64,000 nucleotides of DNA, from NCBI GenBank assembly GCA_946965045.2, contig OX337229.1, positions 4,712,001 to 4,776,000 on the forward strand, in the 5' to 3' direction. Origin of the DNA: Epithemia pelagica (taxonomy: Eukaryota > Protista > Bacillariophyta). Made by a program: the position numbers and the translations under genes. How positions within the stretch are numbered: position 1 is the first letter of the stretch; each line of letters opens with the position of its first letter. Positions 1 through 10,141 of this stretch are shown here, piece by piece. The notes under the pieces were generated by a model. It was not told the DNA's origin, searched no databases, and was given only the letters and a program-made list of their open reading frames with translations.

Positions 1-2176
1 CGTGCACAGCTGCGTTGGCTTCAACGCTAGAGAAGGTACGTTGGTCTGTGGGACTGTGGTCACTGCCGTACCACATATCGATGTCGTCCCACCTGTCGAA
101 GTACAGTGTCTTGGCATGCGATCCACTCAACTTTCCCTTTTTCTTTTCTGGTTCTTCTTCCTTGTTACTTGCCGAACTCGGTAAGTCTTTGTTTGCCACA
201 ACTGGTGTGAGTTTTTGTGCCACAAGTGGTGGCATATCAGCATACTCATCTTCGTTGTCTTCACTTTCAGTGGAGCTGTCATCGTCCTTGTGAGGTCGAC
301 AGATCGAGACTGTTTCATTATTTGTGCTTGTTTTCTTTTCTTTTGTTTCTGTGTTGCAAGTGCATGATTCATTGTCATCATCCTTGTGGTCGCTATCGTT
401 GTGATTGGTGGCGGTTGGTTCATTGTTGTTGGGTGACAGGATGCGGCGCAATTCGTCAAACGGAATAGGCGGTGTCCGGTCAGTGTCATCATCGTCGTTT
501 CCAGAGTTGGTGGAACTGCAGTCCATGGACGAGCTGTCATCGGATGGTGACATGTCCCAAATGGTGAAGAAGACGTAGTGGTCGACGGTGTCCTTGCAAC
601 AATCAACCGAATCGCAACAATCATCATCATCATTCATCAGAGCTTCGCAACAATCCACAGAGGCAAGGGACATACAGTCGGGTAAAGCAGCGACGGGCAA
701 GGCAGGAGGATCAAGTTGGTCGAGATCGAATTCGGTCTGCCAAGCGGATACTTCGAGTTCAAGTTTCTTCGCATGGGTGGCATTCCGAGGTTTTGCTTTG
801 TCCTTGTCGCCAGGAGACTTTTTATACCCAACAATATGGTTTGCCGTGGTGTGAGAGGTGTTCCAACGGGTACAAACACCACACCAGAACCACCGCTGAC
901 CCTGGATCGTCTGCTGCTCAGGTGCACCAGGAGCAGGAGGGATCTTCTTCCAAGGGTGAGCCTGCGATCGATCAACGCGAGTGTTGTTACGCTTGTGAAT
1001 CGGCTTTCCCTTCCTGTCGCGGTGATTGGAGCCAGGCTGGGTGTTTGGTCCATTGCTTGGAGTCGGATTGGAACCCGGCGGGTTTCGAAGTGTCTGAATG
1101 AGTGCATTAAGACTAGCTTGAGTCATAATAGAATGCCGTTTCTTCTTAGTCTTCGAAACGGTAGCCTTGTTAGCGGTGAACGAAGAGGGGACGGATTTAG
1201 AATCAGGAGAACTTCGTTTAGGTGACCATTCACCTTCCTTGACACAGATTAGGTACTTCTTGTTCGCCTCTTCGATAACATCTGTGTACAAAAGACGCTC
1301 TTTCTTCATATGACTGTCTCCGATAGAGCGATCTAGAAACCGAATATGGATAATACCGTCATTGACACGCTTGTTCAGAGTAAGTAGGTCGAACTTAGGC
1401 GTGTCAGGCCATTCAGTCTTGAGGATGTTAGCTAGGAGGTTCCCAGTCAGAGTGTGGTCGTACTGTCCAGCTGCGATCAACGGTCGCGCTTTTTCCGAAA
1501 AATCTTTAGTCAACGCCATAATATCGTGGCCAGGGTACTTGTGAGGCACAAGAGCTCGCATCTCGTGCTTCACTTGTTCCCAGTGCTGCGGGGAATCATG
1601 TGTCACGATGGTGACAAGGACCATGAAGAGCTCGGGGAAGCACGTCACTTCCCGACTCTGGTCCTCAACTTCGTGCCTAAAGGACTTTTCCAAACAGTCC
1701 AGTAAGTAGTCCTGGGCACTGACGTCGTTGTTTCTGTCGTACTTGTCATAACTCACAATCTGCGTCTTCATCAATTCCTTCACCTTGCTCATCGTATATT
1801 TTGGGTGCTCGATTACAATGAACAACATGTCTTTGGGACCATGAGGATTGGGGAGGTATGCGATCGAGTCCATGCCGTGTTTAATCAAGTGCTGCTTGAT
1901 TTCATCCTGAAGACGGCTAAAATCACCGGTCTTCTTGCTGTACTTTTCGTCAGGCCCGGAGATACGATCGTAGTATTTCTTGTCGGTCAGGGTACGTATC
2001 TGCATCGTTCGCAGTGGTTCTGTCGCCTTTACCTCTAACCCATCCCACTTGTACGTGGGTTTTCCTCCAGTCCAGGCCACCCATTCGTCCTTCTTGCTTC
2101 GGACCAGTCCGCCAATCTTCGGCGGATCGGGGCGGTAATCGATACCGGGTGGAGGAGTAGGAGTCTCGTCACTCAT
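1..2176 (-). CDS. Gag(-Pol) polyprotein, N-terminal 725 aa; open off the window edge
   Basis: Manual translation from CCACC-ATG at 2176 (MSDETPTPPPGIDYRPDPPKIGG...) has no stop to position 2. It contains WKKIPPAPGAPEQQTIQGQRWFWCGVCTRWNTSHTTANH, a CxxC..H..H knuckle typical of diatom copia Gag. The ORF track misses it because it lacks a stop. Confidence 0.85.
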   Translation of the reverse strand, partial: MSDETPTPPPGIDYRPDPPKIGGLVRSKKDEWVAWTGGKPTYKWDGLEVKATEPLRTMQIRTLTDKKYYDRISGPDEKYSKKTGDFSRLQDEIKQHLIKHGMDSIAYLPNPHGPKDMLFIVIEHPKYTMSKVKELMKTQIVSYDKYDRNNDVSAQDYLLDCLEKSFRHEVEDQSREVTCFPELFMVLVTIVTHDSPQHWEQVKHEMRALVPHKYPGHDIMALTKDFSEKARPLIAAGQYDHTLTGNLLANILKTEWPDTPKFDLLTLNKRVNDGIIHIRFLDRSIGDSHMKKERLLYTDVIEEANKKYLICVKEGEWSPKRSSPDSKSVPSSFTANKATVSKTKKKRHSIMTQASLNALIQTLRNPPGSNPTPSNGPNTQPGSNHRDRKGKPIHKRNNTRVDRSQAHPWKKIPPAPGAPEQQTIQGQRWFWCGVCTRWNTSHTTANHIVGYKKSPGDKDKAKPRNATHAKKLELEVSAWQTEFDLDQLDPPALPVAALPDCMSLASVDCCEALMNDDDDCCDSVDCCKDTVDHYVFFTIWDMSPSDDSSSMDCSSTNSGNDDDDTDRTPPIPFDELRRILSPNNNEPTATNHNDSDHKDDDNESCTCNTETKEKKTSTNNETVSICRPHKDDDSSTESEDNEDEYADMPPLVAQKLTPVVANKDLPSSASNKEEEPEKKKGKLSGSHAKTLYFDRWDDIDMWYGSDHSPTDQRTFSSVEANAAVH

Positions 2177-2640
2177 GGTGGTCTTCCTTCTTTGTCGTTG
2201 AGATGCAACAATCAAACCCTGATGTTGGGTGTCGTTGTTAGATGGACCTGGTGGAGACTCAACAATCTGCGATTCCGAAGCAGCAATACTCTGTCCTTGT
2301 TCGTCAACAAGGGCGTCTTCGTTCGTCGGATTGGCTACAGGTGTTGGAAGATCAGCGGTACTGGATACGGTGTCTTCGTCACCTGGTATGGACACGAGGT
2401 CGAAGCTTCCTGCACCACTGGAAGTTGGTGAGTCCTCGTCGCTCGTGTTGGTACCTTGGTTGGAGCCTTGATGGCTTCCGGCGCGCTTGGTTGGATGCTA
2501 GTGGATCGATAACCACGTAGCAATGGAGATTTGTCGTTCCCTTCCTGATGAATGCAATAATTCACACTGAAGAGAGGTTGGTTCGGTCCGTCGGTCTTGT
2601 CGGCAATACGATAGAGGAGGCGTACGGTTCGTCAGCCTCT

Positions 2641-2658
2641 TTGGGCTCAATAACCACT
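2641..2658 (-). other. Primer-binding site resembling the tRNA-iMet anticodon arm (half-tRNA priming type)
   Basis: Minus strand reads AGTGGTTATTGAGCCCAA right after the LTR-terminal CA. It matches the GGTTATG(A/G)GCCC PBS of Drosophila copia-type elements with one extra T. Confidence 0.6.
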
Positions 2659-3211
2659 TGATGTATGTAGAAAAACTAACGTAAGACGTGATGGTTAGTG
2701 CTCTGAACTTCTGTAGTCAACCAGTTCACTCGGTACACGATGGGGCCCTCACCTTGCACTAGGTTAGTATGGTTGACTCCTTCCTAAAGGTTGCTTACAA
2801 CTTTCAGGTTTTTATAAGAAGTGAGCTTATTCTATCGAAAGTGTTTGTTTCTCATGATTGCTCTTTCATTACTTCCTTTCAGTCATAAAGAGTTTACTTT
2901 TCCCGAATCGTTGGGCCCGGTGAAGAAACATCTTTGACTTCTAGGTAAGGCGCTACAGACGCTCTACGTTTAGGGACTAATGGAACCTGTTCTCTTAGTG
3001 CATAGAACCTGTTCCATATACTCAAACTGTGAGGGATAGAGGCGGAACTATTGGCTTGAACCAAGTATCCATGATCCTTTGGTGAATCTTGTTGTAAGTT
3101 GGAGACGTGTATGTTTTAGGTGAGACATAGCCTGGACTTTGCTTCCGAGTGGAGCTCGTCCGGCTTTTGCCTGTCGTAGATAGTAGTGGGCATATGTAAA
3201 TGTGTATCACA
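2659..3211 (-). repeat. Putative 5' LTR (~553 bp) of the left-edge copia element
   Basis: Bounded by TG..CA (plus strand TGATGTATG...TGTGTATCACA) and directly followed on the minus strand by the PBS-like motif. Boundaries are inferred because no partner LTR is visible. Confidence 0.6.
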
Positions 3212-3723
3212 AAACACCAGGGTTATTCAGAGAGGGAACATTGTGCCGCAGGCTCGGACATGTCACATACATGGGCACAGCTTCGTCAGCCGTCCACGCA
3301 CGTGTTCGCACAAGCTTGCAGGACAGATGGCACAGCTATGTCATGGTAGACGTGTACTCTCATAGAGTCTAGGTGTTGTTCTTCGAAAGGTAGTTCTAGG
3401 TCTATAGCTAGCCGTACTTTAACTCACCACAAGCTTCTAATAGAGGCACTCCTATGACCCCCATATGTCCTATGTAGGCCAAATGGAGCATCAAATGGTG
3501 ACAGAGGATGCCTTAAAGATTGGTAATATGCATCAGATCACTGTCGTAGGGCTAATATTGATCGAGTTATTCCTAGTTGAAAACATGTGCCCAACGGTAC
3601 GTTTTCGCCCGTCATGGGCACCCGGAGAGAAGGCACTAGAGAACTATGCCATGCCCCCAATATTAGGTAGGAGAACTATACTCCTAGCTCTCTTGTTCAA
3701 TTCTTTTTCATGACCCACAAACC

Positions 3724-4674
3724 ATGAACTCCGAATATGCGTTGGCCATCTCGTACATTGAGATCTATGGGTCAAGGTCAAAGGATCATGGGAATGCGGA
3801 AGATCTCAGAGATCAAGTTGGAGAGGAAATTCAGCACGATCTTTGGGAAGAGTTAGAATGGACCGACGCCGACGAGAACAACTCACTCCTAGTGCTGACA
3901 AAATCAATGGAACGCTGCAGAATTGACTCCATCACTTCCTACCACGTACCGATGGATGACTATGCGTGGAACAACTTTTATAGCCAGCACAAAACAAACT
4001 TTTTCAAGGACAGACACTACTTGCAGAATGCGTTTCCCGTTGAATTTGGACCCTCTTTGAACACTGAACCACGCACATTGGTTGAAATCGGCTGTGGAGT
4101 TGGCAATGCTCTTCTTCCTCTACTAGAAGATGAGAACAAAAGCCTTCACTCCATGTGGCATGTATATGGTTTGGACTTAAGCTCTGTGGCCATTGACCTC
4201 TTGAAAAATGAAGAGCGCTTTAGGTCGGCAGCATCAGAAGGACGAGCACACTGTTTTGTTGCAAACATTGTCGAACGCGTCCCAGACGTTTGTTGTTCTG
4301 TAGCAGATGTTTCGTCACTATTATTTTGCTTGTCGGCTATCGATCCAGATAAGCAGCAGCAGGCAGTTCGGAATGTAGCTTCAAGTGTTCGACCGGGTGG
4401 TTCCATTGTCCTGCGAGACTATGGTCGGTTTGACGAATCTCAACTAAAGTTGGGCTGCCAAAGAGGAAAACTCCTCAAAGATAATTTCTACGTGAAGCAT
4501 GATGCAACAAAGTGCTACTTCTTCACTACACAAGAGCTACGTGATCTTTTTGAGAATGCTGGACTTGAAGTGATAGAACTCCAATACGTACGACGAATAT
4601 ATTGGAATAGAGGAACAAATTCAAGCCGACGAAGGGTTTGGGTACAAGGGCGCTTTCGGAAACCTTTCTTATGA
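3724..4674 (+). CDS. METTL6: tRNA N3-methylcytidine methyltransferase (METTL2/6, Trm140 family)
   Basis: Motifs WNNFY..H..NFFKDRHYL, VEIGCGVGN (SAM binding), RDYGRFD, DNFYVKHD..CYFF and RRVWVQGRF. Confidence 0.85.
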   Translation: MNSEYALAISYIEIYGSRSKDHGNAEDLRDQVGEEIQHDLWEELEWTDADENNSLLVLTKSMERCRIDSITSYHVPMDDYAWNNFYSQHKTNFFKDRHYLQNAFPVEFGPSLNTEPRTLVEIGCGVGNALLPLLEDENKSLHSMWHVYGLDLSSVAIDLLKNEERFRSAASEGRAHCFVANIVERVPDVCCSVADVSSLLFCLSAIDPDKQQQAVRNVASSVRPGGSIVLRDYGRFDESQLKLGCQRGKLLKDNFYVKHDATKCYFFTTQELRDLFENAGLEVIELQYVRRIYWNRGTNSSRRRVWVQGRFRKPFL

Positions 4675-4742
4675 GCGGATTCTACTTTCATATTCAATGA
4701 GACGCATGGATGTGGTATCTATATAGAAGGCTCTACCTAACT

Positions 4743-5432
4743 TTATTCCTCTGGTTTTCCAGCGACCGACACCAAGTTGATGCAATATCTGTTGAATCGT
4801 TGGTGAGACATGGCCAAGAAGAAGAATGAATTTTTGCATACAAATCGTACATACCTGTTGCCTTTTCCGTCAGGGATATTGTGACCAAGATGTGTACCGG
4901 TGGTGCTGACACATTCTCCATTTCTCAAACAACGCACATAATCCCAAACAACTTCTTCATCACGAAAGGAAGGCCAACCATGGCTGGCCGATTCCTTCAG
5001 GAAATCTGCCATGGATCTACCAATGGGGGCCTTGAACAGAAGTTTTCCAGTGACACTATCATAGAACTCCAATGGTTCCCCTTCACCTTCTTTGTATTCC
5101 TCCTTGACGAATTTCAAAAACTCGGTTGTTTGCCAGTATCCTGCATACTCGGCGTAATGTCTGTTGAAATTACAGATTCGATCAGCCGTATTGAAATCGC
5201 AATCCCAGCGAAGATCTTTCTGAACAGGCTTCTCCGAAGTTCCGTGCGATCTTTGGTCCATCACGGACTCTTCACAAATGACAGGCAAACCTGTGGTACT
5301 GCTGCTTCCAAACAACTTGTCCAGGAGGAAAAGGCGAGACGCAGATCGAATTCTTTGTCCTGGTGCGAATGCAACGCTCGATCGCAGCATACGCGGAACG
5401 ATGGACAACATGATAGCAAACTTGAGATTCAT
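4743..5432 (-). CDS. Methionine sulfoxide reductase B-like protein, probably plastid-targeted; intron 4789-4854
   Basis: SHGWPSF and THLGHN motifs. Removing a 66-nt GTATGT..CAACAG intron restores GNRYCINLVSV. Signal peptide is followed by VAFAP (ASAFAP-like). Confidence 0.8.
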   Translation of the reverse strand: MNLKFAIMLSIVPRMLRSSVAFAPGQRIRSASRLFLLDKLFGSSSTTGLPVICEESVMDQRSHGTSEKPVQKDLRWDCDFNTADRICNFNRHYAEYAGYWQTTEFLKFVKEEYKEGEGEPLEFYDSVTGKLLFKAPIGRSMADFLKESASHGWPSFRDEEVVWDYVRCLRNGECVSTTGTHLGHNIPDGKGNRYVRFVCKNSFFFLAMSHQRFNRYCINLVSVAGKPEE

Positions 5433-5559
5433 TCTTCGCTTAGATTTCGATGAGTGACAGAACTATGGAATATGGTTTGGATCTTGCTGTCTTGCCCTTC
5501 GCTTGGGATTGACACAGAGATACAAAAGATATGATTATGGTGTGAATTTGTTTGACGAG

Positions 5560-5628
5560 TGACGTGGCTACCCAGTCGGTCGACTGTCGGACTCCGTGAC
5601 TGGACTGGGGACTGGAGGCACGTACGTG
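5560..5628. promoter_or_regulatory. Candidate bZIP/aureochrome-type elements in the divergent MsrB-like/TspO promoter
   Basis: TGACGTGG at 5560 and palindrome CACGTACGTG at about 5619-5628, in a ~300-bp divergent intergenic region. Confidence 0.3.
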
Positions 5629-5733
5629 TTACGCGTACATGTCTTCTTTCTCGTTTTCCATCCGAAAGAACTTGAAGACAAGTAGCAGCGACGCGACAGA
5701 CTCATTCAATAATCAATATTACACTGGATCACA

Positions 5734-6627
5734 ATGAAAACCACGGTCTGGGTCGGGTTCCTTTTGTGTGGTTGTCATGCCTTCAATCTAAGTGCCAAAT
5801 CGATGGCCACCCGCGGCGGCAAACCAATCATCAAGACAACGGTTGGCAAATTGTCTGACAGGTTCTGTGAAAGAGAGCTTATTCGACCCTCTCTCGTCCT
5901 TTCAAGTACGGCATCGTCTCCACCGGAAGAAGGTGGACAATTAGATTCGGAGGCGCTGGTCAAGTATGGAGCCGCATGGGGTGTTCAAGTTTCCCTGTTT
6001 TATGGGTTGTTCCTTCTCATGGATTATGTCGTCGCATCAGCTGGTGTTGATGTACCTTTCTGTGCAAATTTTGCCTTTTTCTACGGCATGTCGATTCGAT
6101 CGCGTGTACTGAACCCTTTGAGCAACAAGCGACCTGATCCACGAACGTTTGAAGTAGATGGTAAGGAGGAAGCACGCAATTTGCCAACGTGGACTCCGCC
6201 TGGTTTCATTTTCCCCATTATGTGGGGTCTAATCATTGGTCCCATTCGAGCTGTATCGGCAACCATGGTGTACGAGACAACCCACTCCTACGAAGTTCCT
6301 GCCATCCTTGCCCTGGCGGCTCACCTTTCTATAGGTGACATCTGGAACACGATCAACAATGTTGAACAACGATATGGCGCTGCCGTTGCCGGTGTTGGCT
6401 GCGTTTGGCTGTCCAAGGCCTTCACTGCCTACCAATTCGCCAAAGTTTCACCCATGGCAGGCCAACTGATGGCGCTCACGCTCATTTGGTTGACCGTAGC
6501 TTCTGCGCTGGTAACTAGAATATGGCAACTCAACCCTGACAGCGAAACAGGAGAAACGGAACCGCTTTATCCTGTTGTGGGAAAAGCTTCGACTGAATTT
6601 GCCTGGTTTACGCAAACAGAAAATTAG
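5734..6627 (+). CDS. TspO/MBR (TSPO) family membrane protein with signal/plastid-type presequence
   Basis: WTPPGFIFPIMW motif, HLSIGDIWNTINN, several TM helices; N-terminus ...CHAFNL. Confidence 0.8.
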   Translation: MKTTVWVGFLLCGCHAFNLSAKSMATRGGKPIIKTTVGKLSDRFCERELIRPSLVLSSTASSPPEEGGQLDSEALVKYGAAWGVQVSLFYGLFLLMDYVVASAGVDVPFCANFAFFYGMSIRSRVLNPLSNKRPDPRTFEVDGKEEARNLPTWTPPGFIFPIMWGLIIGPIRAVSATMVYETTHSYEVPAILALAAHLSIGDIWNTINNVEQRYGAAVAGVGCVWLSKAFTAYQFAKVSPMAGQLMALTLIWLTVASALVTRIWQLNPDSETGETEPLYPVVGKASTEFAWFTQTEN

Positions 6628-6839
6628 TCAGAACACTTGGCATTTTTCTCTTGGTTGATCGCTTACTAAAATCGTAGTTAATATGAGCATAAACATTTCT
6701 TCCCAGAGCAAGTAAAGTCAAGAATTTGTGATAAAGTAGTTGCTACAATACAAGCTGTAAAGTCTAATCGTCGGGAAACACGGAAATGGATACTCTGGAT
6801 CCATCCAACATTCCAATCATCTGGTTTGAGGGCGTGAAA

Positions 6840-7770
6840 TTAAAGTATGCAACATGACCTTGGTGCCTCTTCCATCCCGCAAACAATGAAGCTCCCTTCA
6901 CAATGTATTTTGTTTTCATGTTCACGATCCTTCGTAGGGGTATCAATGACATCATCGCTATCGATCTCAGTTGCGCTGTCTTGGTCACCTGTGGATGTCA
7001 ACTTTCCGCCCGTACCGTCGGCATCGTCTTGAGGCTTGAAGCCCGTTGAATGGTGTTTTCTTACAGGATTGGCCGGGGAAAGCCGTTCCCTTTGAGTCAG
7101 CGCACCCACTGTCACATGTAAGGGTCTTCCCTGGCCTGCGACTGCCTGCTCATGCCATTCCAATACTCTAGCTGCTGTCTTTTGAAAAACCTCAAACACG
7201 CCTTTGTTGGCTTTGGCTGACGTTCGAACATATATTGCGTCGTAGCTTTTCGCTAGTCGCTTTGCCTCCTCTTCCAATCCTGGTACTGAATGAAGGTCGG
7301 CTTTACAGGCGGCAATGGTCAGGACCATTGGACTGTTTTGCTTATATCGATGAAGCTCCTCCAGAGACTTTTTCATACGCGTCAAACTTCGTGGATTGGA
7401 TACATCGTAACAAATAATGGCAGCAGCCGCATTTTGATAGTACGTTTTGGCAAGTCGTTGAAATTGTTCCTGTCCAGCTGTGTCCCAAAGCAGCATTTTG
7501 CATGTTATATTATTGACAGTGAGTCTTTTGGTCAAAAAGAAGGCCCCTATTGTTGATGACCGTCCGGAGGGTTTGAAAGAGCCCTCGACGAGCCGCAAGA
7601 CTAGACATGTCTTGCCTGTATTTGTATCTCCCAGAAGGACCACCTATTCCAGTAGAAACCAGAAAACAAGAATACGCTGAAATGAGAATACTCCGATCAT
7701 TTTTACAGATATCGCAATGACCTCTTTGACGTACTTTGAACTCCGCAGACGGCACTTCCACATGGGGCAT
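6840..7770 (-). CDS. Rab-family small GTPase (Rab5/21-like); exon 7735-7770, intron 7644-7734
   Basis: Splicing GTACGT..AATAG gives MPHVEVPSAEFK-VVLLGDTNTGKT. Also TIGAFF, WDTAGQE, TSAK and C-terminal CCIL prenylation motif. Confidence 0.9.
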
Positions 7771-8231
7771 GATGCTGCTTTTATGGTGTTGATTGCAGTC
7801 AGACTACACGATAAAATATTCGCTACCGATACAGCAACTGGTACTGTAACCCTTCTCTTTTGTAATTGGTGCCTTGGCTCAGAGTCTCTCTTGATGGTGA
7901 TGATGGGTGGATTCGGTTGCAATTGGATGGTGAAAGTCGTGCCATGGGCGGGGATGAACGGAAAGCTCTAGTTTTCGATCCGCACTGCCCCTACAGCATG
8001 ATCCACACCTGCATGCTTCCGAGCCAAGTCGGCCCAGCAGGATCAAATAATTACAGGGACAAGATCGGACCATGCTGATAGGTTACATAGGAATATAGCG
8101 GAGCAAAATCGCTCAACGAGAGTGGATGGAGATGCCACGCGCGGTAGTTGAACTTAAAGCACGCACGGCGAGCTACTTAGCGACAGTGTTTAGGGGATCA
8201 CGCACCCCATGCAATTCCCATTGACTTCGTT

Positions 8232-9881
8232 CTATTGAAACCAATCTACCCGTTCCAAAACAAAAATACTTTCGCTTGTCCGAATACGTCCATTTCTCCA
8301 ATCGATCCATGGATGGCCTGGCATAGAAAACACTGTATGAAACGATTTGTCACTGACCACCGTTTCATCTTCCGTCAATAAATGTGTGAATAGCTGAAAC
8401 GACGACCCCGGTGTTTGTGCATTGTCTTCTTCGTACCCTGCTTTCTCAAACTCCACATGTATCCCATGTTTCTTTCCTGTGTTGAATGCAGCTCTTTGAC
8501 CAAACAGAGAGACACCACTCATGGCCGATGCTACATCCACGTACACACGGGCTGTTGTATTCTCGCTCTTGGTGACTGAGTCCAGTCGTTGGGACAAGGC
8601 ACTGAGTCCATCCCCACCAGGATAATTGGAATGACTGACAGCCACGAAGCACCAACTGGATACCAATGTCAGTACAAGTGAAACCAAACAGACTAGAAAT
8701 GCCAACCTTCCCAACATGCTGGGTCGTTTCTCCTTCTGTGGAAAAGCTACAAGAAAGACACGATCCAGTCCAATTGCGGCAGCTAGATTGAAGACGGGTA
8801 ACACAGGAAAGAGAAATCTTGTTTCCTTGTGCCCCAAGAAAGAATACAGAACGACGTAACCGAACGCAGGAAGAAGAATTGGCATCCACTTCGTATCCAG
8901 CAAATTTACATGTGGGATATCGGGTCTCAGTTGAGTTTGTCGCACCAAAATATTCTCAACAGTAGCCAATTTCTCAGGAACCCGCAAGATTGCCAATGGA
9001 ACCATTGGAAGGGTCAAAACCATGGCCTTTGGAAGAGAGGAGGAGAAATAAAAGTACCAGGCACTCACTCCCCATTCACTGGACTTGTTGAGTATGGTGT
9101 TGAAGAACAAGACCTCTCCCTCCGGCCATACAGGACGTTGCCACAAGGCACTGTCCAAGGGGACGGTACACACAAGAGAGGCGACGCCCGTAAAGACACC
9201 CAATCGAATGGATTGTAAGATTCCCAGTTTTCGCTGTACACAGATCCATGAAAGACCAGCTGTGAAAAGCAAAAGAATCACATCACAGCGAAAAATGGCC
9301 GTTGTCATAATGACAAGGACGCCCGCCTCGGGGATTCGATCCGCAATCCATGCACTAAATGCATGTAAACACAACGTTGTTGCGAATATGTTGGGAAGCA
9401 TGCGACTTGCATAAAATGGCATATGGAATTGGCATGCCGTTAGAAGCAAGAGCCAAGTACCGGTGCGGGTTCCACCCACACGTCCATCCACCGACGCAGC
9501 GAGTCGAAACCATCCATGCACAAAGGCTGAAAGAAGAATAAATCGCGCCATAAATTGAACATCCATTGGGCTTTCCGCGATGTCATAAAATGGATAGAAA
9601 ATCAAACGGATGATTTGGCATGCAACGGCTAGAAAGAGGGGGCCTGTAAAGCTTCGAGGAACGACACCTGGGTACTGTAGATGGTCATAGGGTGGAATTT
9701 CTGTGTCTCCATTCTCCTGTCCTGACGATAAGGTCAAAATTGGACTGACACCATGGTAGAACAGGTCATGCACGGCCTGAAGGGAGAAGCTTTCCTCCAC
9801 CTTAGAATGTGGACATATCCACAGATACGACAGAGAGACGAGGAAGAGAAAAAGCTGCGCAAATGTCCTGTAGATCTTCAT
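8232..9881 (-). CDS. ALG12: Dol-P-Man alpha-1,6-mannosyltransferase (GT22)
   Basis: CPHSKVEESFSLQAVHDL, YPGVVPRSFTG, RMLPNIFA, HKETRF and NYPGG motifs; multi-TM. First ATG at 9881. Confidence 0.9.
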   Translation of the reverse strand: MKIYRTFAQLFLFLVSLSYLWICPHSKVEESFSLQAVHDLFYHGVSPILTLSSGQENGDTEIPPYDHLQYPGVVPRSFTGPLFLAVACQIIRLIFYPFYDIAESPMDVQFMARFILLSAFVHGWFRLAASVDGRVGGTRTGTWLLLLTACQFHMPFYASRMLPNIFATTLCLHAFSAWIADRIPEAGVLVIMTTAIFRCDVILLLFTAGLSWICVQRKLGILQSIRLGVFTGVASLVCTVPLDSALWQRPVWPEGEVLFFNTILNKSSEWGVSAWYFYFSSSLPKAMVLTLPMVPLAILRVPEKLATVENILVRQTQLRPDIPHVNLLDTKWMPILLPAFGYVVLYSFLGHKETRFLFPVLPVFNLAAAIGLDRVFLVAFPQKEKRPSMLGRLAFLVCLVSLVLTLVSSWCFVAVSHSNYPGGDGLSALSQRLDSVTKSENTTARVYVDVASAMSGVSLFGQRAAFNTGKKHGIHVEFEKAGYEEDNAQTPGSSFQLFTHLLTEDETVVSDKSFHTVFSMPGHPWIDWRNGRIRTSESIFVLERVDWFQ

Positions 9882-10141
9882 CAAGCGAAGCAGAAACAAT
9901 GATTGGTGCACGCAAGCGTTTAGTTGTATGCTTCTTTGCAATATCGTCTTCAAACAAAATCCATGACAGTGACATGCGATTGCAGAATGGTCATTGTCCT
10001 TCGATCAAATTGAAATGTCCAAACTTGACTCCACGCCTGACAACGGACGGACCTTTTGTGCGAGCTCAACAAGATGCAGTCGCGTTCCCCTCAGCAGGTC
10101 GCAGCCATCACTTTGACGCTGCTTCTGACATCAATCTGACC

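Larger units (their letters stand above)
1..3211 (-). mobile_element. Ty1/copia (CoDi-type) LTR retrotransposon, 5' part; continues beyond the left edge
   Basis: Minus strand shows a TG-starting LTR-like segment, a PBS-like motif, then an uninterrupted Gag-like frame running off the window. The second LTR and TSD are outside the window. Confidence 0.85.

Noticed and set aside
2-2565. Many short ORFs in the track (127..633, 637..1107, 716..1225 and others)
   Set aside because: Alternative-frame or antisense shadows of the single Gag frame running from 2176 off the edge.
2659-3211. Self-priming in the left-edge element
   Set aside because: No complement of its PBS was found within its LTR; a tRNA-iMet anticodon-arm match explains it better.
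9809-10141. N-terminal extension of the 468-aa ORF overlapping ALG12
   Set aside because: It depends on a GTG start; the eukaryotic ATG at 10142 removes the overlap. GTG/TTG starts in the track were generally discounted.
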